64,000 bases of DNA, taken from contig CAYPSA010000007.1 in NCBI GenBank assembly GCA_964413645.1, positions 3,621 to 67,620 of the forward strand. The letters are read 5' to 3'. Source of the stretch: an uncultured Gammaproteobacteria bacterium. Lineage in GTDB: Bacteria > Patescibacteriota > Microgenomatia > UBA1406 > HO2-37-13b. The notes beneath the pieces were generated by a model that was not told where the DNA came from, searched no databases, and worked only from the letters and a program-made list of their open reading frames with translations. Positions 7,320 through 16,008 of this stretch are shown here, piece after piece. Each line of letters begins with the position of its first letter. Position 1 is the first letter of the stretch. A program made the translations under genes and the position numbers.

Positions 7320-9005
7320 ATGTGGATCTATTTACGCGCAGCAGCTTCTCATTATTACAAATACTTCATCCAGATAACACTTGTCGTTTCAGTGTTATTT
7401 ATCGCTATAAGTTTATTATTGCGCTGGGGCTTCCCGCCAAAACAAAGTACAATTTCCTCGTCGCAAATCATTCAGACACGCCAAGCAAAGTTATTGAAAC
7501 TTTTTGAACAACCAGTATATAAAACAAAAGAAGGTAAGCAATTAGTAGCATTTCAAAAAAGAATTCATTGTAGCCTCAGCGGGTCTCTTTGTACAGATAA
7601 TTCTGCAGATCATACAAAAAACTTCCCAAATAGCTTTTTTGGCTATACATCCAAACTCTTAGTCTTACCATTAGTCAAGCCTCCTGCTTCAGGGATAGCA
7701 TATACGCATCAGTCTATACAAGACTCAGGTCTTGTAACTCAAGCACATGCAGCACAAGGAGTGGGATTTGCAAGCTTAAATCCTTTTTTGGGAGTTTGGA
7801 AAGCATTTCGTACATTCTCCTATATCATCCTTGTAATTACTGTTATCATCCTTGGTTTCATGATCATGTTTCAATATAAAATCGATTCGCATTCCATCAT
7901 ATCCGTGCAGAATGCCCTTCCACGCATAGTTATAGTACTACTCACCATTACATTCTCATATGCTATTGTCGGTTTATTAATCGACTTTATGTATGTCTTG
8001 ATTTTACTTATGTTCCAGATCTTCTCGAAATCAAATTTACCAGCAATGGACCCTGGTATTTTGCAAGATCGATATTTGACCGCTAATCTATTAAGTATTG
8101 GAGACGTCACGGATCCGGCCATGGGAGCTGGAGGATTCATAAAATTCTCCTTTCATCTTTATAATAGGGTCCTAAATAGCATTTTACTTTTACTTCCAAC
8201 CAGTATGCAGCTCGTTATTTCTGGTGTTCTAACTGTTGTCACATACTTTTTAGGAATCAGACTTGCAAGTCAAAATATTCCGATTGCAAAAGCGCTTTTT
8301 GGAGATGTTACTCCATCTGCAGGCGCACCTGCGATTGCGGGAATTTCAGCAAATATTAGTAGTATTATTACGGCAATTCTCCAGCTTGCAATTGCATTTA
8401 ATATAGCGCATATTGTGCTCATGCTCTTTTTTTTAATAGTTGCTGTTATTGGAGTATTATTCCTCTATTTTAGAATTCTTTTCTTATTAATTGGAGCATA
8501 TATTCAAATTGTAATTAATGTTATTTTTGCTCCAATTTTTTTACTTACAGAGGTTATACCTGGACAAGAAAGCTTTATAGGATGGGTAAAAAAGATTGTA
8601 GGTAATCTACTTATTTTCCCTACTGTTATAGCATTGTTATTGGTAGTGCAAATTATTCAAGGAATAGGATTTGTTGGGACAGGTAATGCATTTTCCATGC
8701 CCCTTTTGTATGATTTTCCAACAGATGTACTAGCTTTGATTATTTCTGGAGCTATGCTTTTTGTAATTCCAGACATTGTAAAAACAATGGTGAAGCGAAT
8801 TGCCGGAGACCCAGCAATACAAGCAGGTCCCGCAACTTTATTCGGTGCTGCTGGAATTATAGGAGGTTCCGCTATGGGTGTAGTATCGCAAATCCATACG
8901 CTTCAAAAAATGACTGGAGGTGAGGCCTCTGTACCAGGTCTAGAAAAACTATTAAGCGCACTTGGACTTGTTAAACCAAAAGGGACGAAGCCGGCTGATC
9001 ATTAA
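7320..9005 (+). CDS. Large polytopic membrane protein (about 10 TM), unknown function; a VirB6/TrbL-like role is possible
   Basis: N-terminal TM, a soluble loop of about 100 aa, then many hydrophobic helices. The start is set by the promoter geometry. Confidence 0.55.
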   Translation: MWIYLRAAASHYYKYFIQITLVVSVLFIAISLLLRWGFPPKQSTISSSQIIQTRQAKLLKLFEQPVYKTKEGKQLVAFQKRIHCSLSGSLCTDNSADHTKNFPNSFFGYTSKLLVLPLVKPPASGIAYTHQSIQDSGLVTQAHAAQGVGFASLNPFLGVWKAFRTFSYIILVITVIILGFMIMFQYKIDSHSIISVQNALPRIVIVLLTITFSYAIVGLLIDFMYVLILLMFQIFSKSNLPAMDPGILQDRYLTANLLSIGDVTDPAMGAGGFIKFSFHLYNRVLNSILLLLPTSMQLVISGVLTVVTYFLGIRLASQNIPIAKALFGDVTPSAGAPAIAGISANISSIITAILQLAIAFNIAHIVLMLFFLIVAVIGVLFLYFRILFLLIGAYIQIVINVIFAPIFLLTEVIPGQESFIGWVKKIVGNLLIFPTVIALLLVVQIIQGIGFVGTGNAFSMPLLYDFPTDVLALIISGAMLFVIPDIVKTMVKRIAGDPAIQAGPATLFGAAGIIGGSAMGVVSQIHTLQKMTGGEASVPGLEKLLSALGLVKPKGTKPADH

Positions 9006-9106
9006 TAGATATCACAATTAACTCGTTAGTATGGACTCCTGTTTTGGAAAAGTTATGAATATCTCCGCATTCAAAATACAAAGCATCAAATACTTACTTA
9101 AAACTA

Positions 9107-9910
9107 TTAGCTAAAACCTGGAATCTGAAGAATATCTACTCCGATGATTCTGAGAATCAATATTGAGAACATGATCATTAATAAACCAAATATACATGCT
9201 TTAATTTGGTCTTGCGATTGACTAATCTTTTCAGCATTTCCCTGAGAAGTTTGAATCATAATAGCTGAGTAAATTATGCACCCTAACGAGAATAACCCAG
9301 CAAAACCAATTCCCAGAGTAAGGAGAAAGCCAGTTATGAAGCCTTCTATGTCTGTAGGTATACAACCTAAACCCGTCATAAATGCATTACGCTTCGAACA
9401 TTCCAAGCAGGCACCATGTTCTTTATCATCTGTAATATATTTATCACAGATTTTAACCATTGCCGTATCGGGTGGTGCTTGAACAACAGACTTCTGAAAA
9501 GCTGCGCTTGAGCAAAAACAAGGACCATCTTCAAATTCGCCAGTCGTTGGATTCTTTACTTGTGTTATCTCAGGTATTCCTGTATAGCAATCTATTTGTA
9601 ATTTCCTTGAAATGGGGTCTATTTCATAAATTAAACCGATTGTGTCAACTATATCGTCAGCAATAAAATCAAATAGAGCTCCTCGAAGAATGCTCCTTGC
9701 AGGAGTTAATACTTTTTTCTCCATATCTACCTTAGGGCAACACTTATTTGAATCTGGAGTATCTGCAAAACCACATGCTGGTCTAAATACTTCTGGAACG
9801 ATTGTTGGATTCGGCGTTGGAATAGGCGAGGGAGTTGCAGCAAAAACAGATTTTCCACTCAATAAAGCTAGGAAAAAAAACGCAAATACGGCAATCTTTA
9901 AATATCTCAT
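9107..9910 (-). CDS. Secreted Cys-rich domain fused to a T4SS-pilin-like (TrbC/VirB2-like) two-TM C-terminus
   Basis: Signal peptide MRYLKIAVFAFFFLALLSGKSVFA, at least 12 Cys, and C-terminal GFLLTLGIGFAGLFSLGCIIYSAIMIQTSQGNAEKISQSQDQIKACIFGLLMIMFSILIL. Confidence 0.55.
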   Translation of the reverse strand: MRYLKIAVFAFFFLALLSGKSVFAATPSPIPTPNPTIVPEVFRPACGFADTPDSNKCCPKVDMEKKVLTPARSILRGALFDFIADDIVDTIGLIYEIDPISRKLQIDCYTGIPEITQVKNPTTGEFEDGPCFCSSAAFQKSVVQAPPDTAMVKICDKYITDDKEHGACLECSKRNAFMTGLGCIPTDIEGFITGFLLTLGIGFAGLFSLGCIIYSAIMIQTSQGNAEKISQSQDQIKACIFGLLMIMFSILILRIIGVDILQIPGFS

Positions 9911-9948
9911 ATAACCATTATAAACATATATGATCCCGATTCGAGTAG

Positions 9949-12900
9949 TTAATGATGTCCTCCATGACCGCCTTTACCGCCTCCACCTCCCCCTCCACCC
10001 GATGTGTTCATATCTTTACTACCTTCTTTCGCGGCAAGCACTCCTAATGTTACTAATAACGCCATTAGCGCGGGTAAATAATGATATATAGCCAACTTCC
10101 CATATCCAGAATCACTCCATTCGAATAGTGCATGGTATGAAAAAGTATTCGCATGATCATGTACTTCCTTAGTATATTTAAACTTATTTTTAATGTATGG
10201 GATCTGCTTAAGTATTTTGTGTACTAAGTCTTTTTTCTCAACTGTTTTGTGTTTTTCTCCACGTGCCGCTTTTCGCTTCAATTTTCCATTATGATGTAGA
10301 TGTTCTGCCCATGCATGCTCAGTATCATGATCCCATGACCAAAGTGGGGCACCCTCATCAATTAAGTTGTCAGATAGTGAATTCTTCTTCATATTAGCCC
10401 AATATCTTTGCGGGCCAAGTTTCCACCATTTATTCGCCTCATCATCTTTCTTAAAAAAATAATTAATCAGTTGAGCCATGCGGAAGCTCATTTCATAGGC
10501 CGGCTCACTACTTAGTTCTCCTTGAACCTTACCCTTAAATGTACCAATCCATTCTTCAAGTGGTACGAAACCTTCATGAGCACCTTTTGCATGTGCTGCC
10601 TCTGCTCCTTTTTTCAAGCCTTCCCGGTACAGCACTTGAGTTTGCGTATGCATTAGTTCGGAAGTATTGGCCGCTTGGTCAGCGTCACGCGAAACAATGT
10701 CGGGGCCGGCAGCGGCCACATTAATGAACTTCATGGCAACTGATGGCTGTGTAACTGAATGACCAAAATAATTCGAATCAAGCGCATGTGCCCACCACGC
10801 AACACGACTCCTAAACAGTCCATTTTGAGCTTTTTTTTCTATTGACTCAACTCGATCAACAAGCGCCTGCTCTTTTTCATCTCGTTCTTTTTTTGATTTT
10901 GTGCGTGGACTCTTGCCTTCGGCATCTACTTTATCTACATCGACAAACAACTTATCAATAATCACATTTTTTCGAACGTCAGATAAATTAGGTGTAGCAA
11001 CAATTCGATTTTGAATCTTTGCATACAGTTTTACCACATCGGTAACACGGCTATCCGACATGCCTGTACCGGCAGCTAGTCCAAATCGTTCTTCAAGGGC
11101 TTTAACTATATAATCTTCAGTCAATCTATTTCCTTGACCTCCCAAAATTGAACTTGTTCGTTTCGACAAATCACCGTACAAACTTTGTCCATTGGCTAGA
11201 TTATCATCCATACTTCTACTTGCATCAATGCGTAATTTTTCCTGTGAATATACTAAATTTGCCAACGCATCATCAACCTTGGTCTTTGCATCCGATAATT
11301 GCTTAGCAGATGCATTTTTTGGATCCGGAAGAAAATCCGCTTGAATTTCAGATAGTAACGTTACTCCATACTCTGTCATCCGTTGTTTTTCCATCGTAAC
11401 CAAATGCGCAGGCATTTGTTCTATGGTTAATACGGTTAGTACTTTATTAATAATCGACTGTAATTCTTCTTGGCGCGATCCTTCATGATTTTTGTCTGTT
11501 AGTGTATGTTCAATGTGATGTACAAATGCGTGTTTATCAGGATACTTTTTTAAAAGTTCCCTTCCTATTTCAGTTAGATTTCCATTTCCATCTGAAAAAT
11601 ACCGATCAAAAAAGAATTCTCCTAATTTTTTGACCGCCTTAACAAACTCGGGATTCTTGCTTCCGCCTTCGGCAGCTTTATTAATAACTTGCTGTTGCCA
11701 AAAATTTTCGGTTATAGGTATTCCAACATTTTCTATTCGCTTCCATGAACGGACAAATAAATCAGGATCTCCTTTTGGATCTAAATTATTAAGTGCTCCA
11801 CTTTTAAATTCCGGCATCAACCAGGCATTATATCCTTCCCGTACTCGCCAACCCTGATTTGTTCCCCATCCGCCCGTATGTAAATAATTCCCCATGTCAA
11901 TAAATAGTCGTTCACCATCTAAAAACGTTCCTGCATATGCTGCTTGCCCCATTCCAAACGATTCTTTCCACCGTGCTTCTCCAAGTTTTCTCCATTGGGC
12001 ATGATCGTACGGTTGAGTTTCTGAAAAATTTATCGTGTACGGCAGCCACACTGCGCCTGCACAAATAAGATCCTTTTTAAAATTAAGCATCTTTGCGCCT
12101 TCCCACATATCAAAATACCCACGCATTCCTCCCAAGCCAGTAAGCGACGCCTTTCCATTGTATTGCAAGTTAGGATCTGCATATGAAACCATTTCATGAA
12201 ATCCAAAGTCGAGTCCAAAGTACATGGTTCGACCTGCCTGAAATGCCCATTCAATTGCCCAATCTGGAACATCCTCACCTTTAAACTGTTCACGCAGCTC
12301 TTCTTTTACCCTACGCTCGGCAGCAGGCATCGATTGCAAAAAACGCCCAAGCATGGAAGGATCTTTTTGCCATTTATTATCTACGAACATACGAGCATAG
12401 CTCGACTGAAATTTTTGCTTAGCGGATTGTACAACATCGTTGTACGGTAATCGAAAAGCAGTGTCAATCTTATCGGCACTAAATCGCTTTGCATGCTCTT
12501 TTATTTGTGCAAAAAATGGTTCGGCACCCTTTGGTCCCTCGCGAGGTCCTAAATTAGTCAATAACTTAAAGTTATGACCGTAGTCCATGGTGTCTTCGGC
12601 AGTATCAAATACTTCACGCAAATATTCTGCAAACTCCCCTATACCTACGCGTTGTTTGTTGGTAGAAGGTAAAACGCGTTCGACCAACTGACCAGTTGTA
12701 TCATCTTTAACTACTACCATTTCTCGAGCTAACCGATGATATTGATCTTTTTCAATGAGCGTCTTCGCTTCACCGGTCCCCATCATAGCAATAGTAGATT
12801 TTTCGCGTAGGGAATTAAGCATTTTTGAAAAAGTACGTGCAGAGGTATATGGATTATCGAACTGGTTTCCAGCACTTTGTGCCTGACGATCAAATGACTC

Positions 12901-13827
12901 TTTTGGTTCTTCGTCAAGGATTGGAGAATATATAGTAATAAGCGAATTCATAACGAATTCGGTGACTTCGTCAGATACTGCCTTTTCGGCCGACAAACGA
13001 TCGTGCACTTCACCAGGATAATTCTTTCGAGGTTTTCCAATAAGTTGCTCGGTCCTCGACGTAAAGCGAGCCGAAAACTCTTCAGCTGAATGCAATGCTG
13101 CAAACCAGTCCATATCTTTAGGCGGCATCTTTCCTTCTAAGCGTGCTTGCAAAGCATACTCATCACGATCCCCTCCTGCATTCTGTTTATTTTCGCGCTG
13201 ATTTTTTTCTTGAGGAGGTTTCTCTTTTTCTGTTTGGATTGTTGGCTCACGAACAAAATTCTCAAATTGTTGTTCAAATTTGTGTGCATCGTCAAAATCG
13301 GATGTACCTTCACGGTGCTGTAGTTTAATCCTTCCTATCGCAGCTAATACTTGCTCTCGAATTTTGGGAGCAATTTTTTTTACAAGCGCCTTATCGACTC
13401 CACTTTCATGCAAAACAATCATTCCAATACGCACGATAGTTTTATCAGCCCCCAAATAACCACTTGCTGCAGCCGACAGTAAATCGATTATTTTTCCTTC
13501 ATGCTTACCAATAAATCCATCAACGTTAATTGCATCTACAACATCTAGTAAATGCGGCGGTAAATGCTTAGCAAATTCCCCCACGGGTGTTTCTCCTTTT
13601 GCAGCGGCTTGGTCTTGCTCTTCTTTAATTTTTTTCGCGATACTTTTTAAGCTCTTAAGAACCTTGCCTCCTGTTTCCTTATCGGGATCATCTTTGACAG
13701 CATCTTTATCGGCAAATTTAGCAGCTGCTTTTCGAAGCACGTTTTTCAACCACTCCCACAAAGCATTTCCCTTTACATTTTCTGGAATCAAATTTTCCGG
13801 TATTCGTCCTTCGGTTTCAGGTGACAT
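9949..13827 (-). CDS. 1292-aa tail-anchored orphan protein with C-terminal Gly8/His-rich tail
   Basis: Uninterrupted 3.9-kb ORF with no signal peptide. It has a single TM LAIYHYLPALMALLVTLGVLAA followed by ..TSGGGGGGGGKGGHGGHH. I recognise no domain by eye. Confidence 0.7.
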   Translation of the reverse strand: MSPETEGRIPENLIPENVKGNALWEWLKNVLRKAAAKFADKDAVKDDPDKETGGKVLKSLKSIAKKIKEEQDQAAAKGETPVGEFAKHLPPHLLDVVDAINVDGFIGKHEGKIIDLLSAAASGYLGADKTIVRIGMIVLHESGVDKALVKKIAPKIREQVLAAIGRIKLQHREGTSDFDDAHKFEQQFENFVREPTIQTEKEKPPQEKNQRENKQNAGGDRDEYALQARLEGKMPPKDMDWFAALHSAEEFSARFTSRTEQLIGKPRKNYPGEVHDRLSAEKAVSDEVTEFVMNSLITIYSPILDEEPKESFDRQAQSAGNQFDNPYTSARTFSKMLNSLREKSTIAMMGTGEAKTLIEKDQYHRLAREMVVVKDDTTGQLVERVLPSTNKQRVGIGEFAEYLREVFDTAEDTMDYGHNFKLLTNLGPREGPKGAEPFFAQIKEHAKRFSADKIDTAFRLPYNDVVQSAKQKFQSSYARMFVDNKWQKDPSMLGRFLQSMPAAERRVKEELREQFKGEDVPDWAIEWAFQAGRTMYFGLDFGFHEMVSYADPNLQYNGKASLTGLGGMRGYFDMWEGAKMLNFKKDLICAGAVWLPYTINFSETQPYDHAQWRKLGEARWKESFGMGQAAYAGTFLDGERLFIDMGNYLHTGGWGTNQGWRVREGYNAWLMPEFKSGALNNLDPKGDPDLFVRSWKRIENVGIPITENFWQQQVINKAAEGGSKNPEFVKAVKKLGEFFFDRYFSDGNGNLTEIGRELLKKYPDKHAFVHHIEHTLTDKNHEGSRQEELQSIINKVLTVLTIEQMPAHLVTMEKQRMTEYGVTLLSEIQADFLPDPKNASAKQLSDAKTKVDDALANLVYSQEKLRIDASRSMDDNLANGQSLYGDLSKRTSSILGGQGNRLTEDYIVKALEERFGLAAGTGMSDSRVTDVVKLYAKIQNRIVATPNLSDVRKNVIIDKLFVDVDKVDAEGKSPRTKSKKERDEKEQALVDRVESIEKKAQNGLFRSRVAWWAHALDSNYFGHSVTQPSVAMKFINVAAAGPDIVSRDADQAANTSELMHTQTQVLYREGLKKGAEAAHAKGAHEGFVPLEEWIGTFKGKVQGELSSEPAYEMSFRMAQLINYFFKKDDEANKWWKLGPQRYWANMKKNSLSDNLIDEGAPLWSWDHDTEHAWAEHLHHNGKLKRKAARGEKHKTVEKKDLVHKILKQIPYIKNKFKYTKEVHDHANTFSYHALFEWSDSGYGKLAIYHYLPALMALLVTLGVLAAKEGSKDMNTSGGGGGGGGKGGHGGHH

Positions 13828-14087
13828 AGGCAGTGTTGTAACTGATAACCGGGTATGTAGCGACCATGAAATTGTCAGGTGTCTGGAGTAATGAGAGAGT
13901 CGTAAGGACTAAAGGCGAATAGAAAGATATCGAAATATTATTTGAGAATTTTGAAAAAGAGAAGATCTTGCGTGCCAGTAGCACTCCGGGGGTTTTTCCA
14001 ATGTTAAAGCGAACGATTAAAAATTTCATCGTACGAACATTGTAACGAATATAAGTATAGCACACAAGGTGCCGAATTGCCAATCCT

Positions 14088-14240
14088 TTGTCATTCTAAG
14101 TCCTTCGTTTACTCAGGATAAACTCCGCGAAGAATCTCCGACATATACTCCGCTCGATATCATGATTCTCAACCATGGTGAGCCCGCGTAGCAGTCTAAA
14201 ATGGTCTCTCCGCCAGCTGGCGGATCAGATATCTCGCGCC
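14088..14240. repeat. Composite of dispersed-repeat modules (GTCATTCTAAG.. / CTCAGGATAAACTCCGCGAAGAATCTCC / CCGCCAGCTGGCGG)
   Basis: The modules match 18186-18248 and 53901-53935. The palindrome CCGCCAGCTGGCGG lies at 14210-14223. Confidence 0.7.
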
Positions 14241-14351
14241 GTATTATTTGGACTACTTACTTCAATACAGATAAAAAGCATTTTCCCAAATTTAATAAGA
14301 ATTTAAGAATTGATCAGTATACTACGCACAAAGTTATAAGTTCAGACTACT

Positions 14352-14570
14352 ATGAAAGGCAATTTCATTTACAAACGCTTAGGGAATCAGATCGAAGAAT
14401 GTCGTCATACAGCCGGAATGTCGCAGGAAGATTTATCGGTAATCTGTGAAATGGATCGAGCGTTTTTAGGAAGAATTGAAAGAGGTCGCGCAAACCCAAC
14501 ATTCAAAACAATAGTGAAACTTTCCAAAGGACTGCACGTTCCCTTACGCGACTTGTTCGAAGGGGTCTAA
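14352..14570 (+). CDS. XRE-family helix-turn-helix transcriptional regulator
   Basis: 72 aa with the HTH_3 pattern AGMSQEDLSVICEMDRAFLGRIERGRANPTFKTIVKLSKGL. Confidence 0.8.
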   Translation: MKGNFIYKRLGNQIEECRHTAGMSQEDLSVICEMDRAFLGRIERGRANPTFKTIVKLSKGLHVPLRDLFEGV

Positions 14571-15038
14571 TGACGAAGCATCGTCACTAAGAAGAGAAAT
14601 AATTAGTCGACGTTCTTTTCCTTCTCCCATTGACGTTGTTCGCAAATCAGGATGCTTTAGACTTACGTATTCATGAATCAATTTTCGCTCATATGCTGAA
14701 AATGATCGCAATGATGCAGGTCGATGTTCCGCTTTTACTCGAGTTGCTACATTTTCTGCAATTTCTTCCAAACGCTCTTTTTGACGTTCTCGATAGTCGC
14801 CAATATTTACCGCCAATTCAACTTTTTTACCCATTTTTTTAAACAGCGCAGTTTCTAAAATTGTTTGTAGTGATCGCAACGTCATGCCGAATTTACCAAT
14901 TAATAGTGGGCTTTCTTCATTTTCAGAAAGCTGAACCATCCATAAATTCTCTTGTTGCGTAACAGTTACTTCATTAGTAAAACCCATTTTCTCAAGCAAC
15001 TCTGTCATTAATTGTTTAATTATTTCCTGTTCTTCCAT
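14544..15038 (-). CDS. jag: Jag/KhpB-type RNA-binding protein (KH + R3H)
   Basis: R3H segment RSFSAYERKLIHEYV. It sits immediately downstream of yidC. Confidence 0.8.
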   Translation of the reverse strand: MEEQEIIKQLMTELLEKMGFTNEVTVTQQENLWMVQLSENEESPLLIGKFGMTLRSLQTILETALFKKMGKKVELAVNIGDYRERQKERLEEIAENVATRVKAEHRPASLRSFSAYERKLIHEYVSLKHPDLRTTSMGEGKERRLIISLLSDDASSLDPFEQVA

Positions 15039-15850
15039 ATGGTTAGGGGGCTACCCTTGTATTGAAAAATAGTAAAGAGTGAAAAGATATTCCAGTAAAG
15101 TGAAAGTCCAACCGGCAACACATATGCAAAATATCCAATCATGAGTGGGAAAATATACAGCATCTGTGAAGACATCATTGACTGCATGTCAGCTTTCTTT
15201 TCAATTTCTTTTTTATGAGTTTTCTTAACAAGTGGCTGATTTTGTTCGGTCGTTACTTTTACTTGGTAATATTGCAAAACCGCCGTTAATACTGGAATAA
15301 ATAAATAATGTATGCCTACATTTTGAAAATCAGAAGGAGCAACGCCAACATTAAATCCAAAAAACCATGGATTGATTGAGGTTGTTTTCAAGAAATCAAA
15401 ATAAACGACCTTGTTAATTGCACCAGCAACTTTATCAAATGTTCCATGAGCTAAAAATAGATTTAATGCGTTATAGAGTCCAATAAAAACTGGAATTTGT
15501 ATTAAAGCATATAAGCAGCCCGCTGCCGGGTTAACTCCCATTTCTTTATACAATTTCATTTGCTCTTCTTGAAGCTTCTTTTTATCGTCTTTATGTTTTT
15601 CGGTAAGTTTATCTAAATGAGGCTTAGCTTCCTGCATTCGCTTGGCAAGTTCCAATTGCTGCTTGGAAGCTGGATTCAAAAGCATGCGAATAGCAACAGT
15701 CAAAGCAACAATAGCAAATCCAAATGATCCTGGAATGTGCAAAGAAGCAAAAATAAAGTTAAAGAAAAGGAGCGTATTTACAACTGGAATCACTAAGACA
15801 GTATTAAATAAGCTGGGAGCAATAGGTGCAAGCGGAGCGGTTGGCTTCAT
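15020..15850 (-). CDS. yidC: Membrane protein insertase YidC (short form)
   Basis: YidC/Oxa1 core (..LPVGLSLYWNIFSLFTIFQ) in the rpmH-yidC-jag context. Confidence 0.88.
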   Translation of the reverse strand: MKPTAPLAPIAPSLFNTVLVIPVVNTLLFFNFIFASLHIPGSFGFAIVALTVAIRMLLNPASKQQLELAKRMQEAKPHLDKLTEKHKDDKKKLQEEQMKLYKEMGVNPAAGCLYALIQIPVFIGLYNALNLFLAHGTFDKVAGAINKVVYFDFLKTTSINPWFFGFNVGVAPSDFQNVGIHYLFIPVLTAVLQYYQVKVTTEQNQPLVKKTHKKEIEKKADMQSMMSSQMLYIFPLMIGYFAYVLPVGLSLYWNIFSLFTIFQYKGSPLTIWKNRK

Positions 15851-15999
15851 TATTGCGTTTTACCAACTGCTAATCGGACTCGACCGGCTAGCCTTCGTCG
15901 GGCAAGAACTTTTCGTCCGCCAGCAGAAAGCATTCGCTTTAAGAAACCATGTTTTCGTACACGTTTGAGTTTTTTAGGCTGGTATGTTCGTTTGGTCAT
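15850..15999 (-). CDS. rpmH: 50S ribosomal protein L34
   Basis: Not in the ORF track. Translation is [49 protein letters not shown] (49 aa). The TAATG sequence overlaps the yidC start. Confidence 0.92.
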   Translation of the reverse strand: MTKRTYQPKKLKRVRKHGFLKRMLSAGGRKVLARRRLAGRVRLAVGKTQ

Positions 16000-16008
16000 G
16001 TGTTTTTT

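Noticed and set aside
9006-9106. Bidirectional terminator between the convergent 7320-9005 and 9107-9910 genes
   Set aside because: I found no convincing GC-rich stem followed by a T-tract on either strand.
10000-13827. Catalytic motifs in the giant ORF (HHIEH as an inverted zincin HxxEH; GTGEAKT as a P-loop)
   Set aside because: They are isolated short strings in a 1292-aa protein. GTGEAKT lacks the Gly before Lys that Walker A requires, and the HxxEH string has no supporting downstream Glu context. Both are likely chance matches.
13817-14449. ORF-track entries 13817-14083 (-) and 14201-14449 (+) as protein genes
   Set aside because: Both are largely translations of the dispersed repeat modules (for example SPPAGGSDISR from CCGCCAGCTGGCGG) and of low-complexity AT-rich sequence. 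The second overlaps the well-supported XRE gene in another frame.
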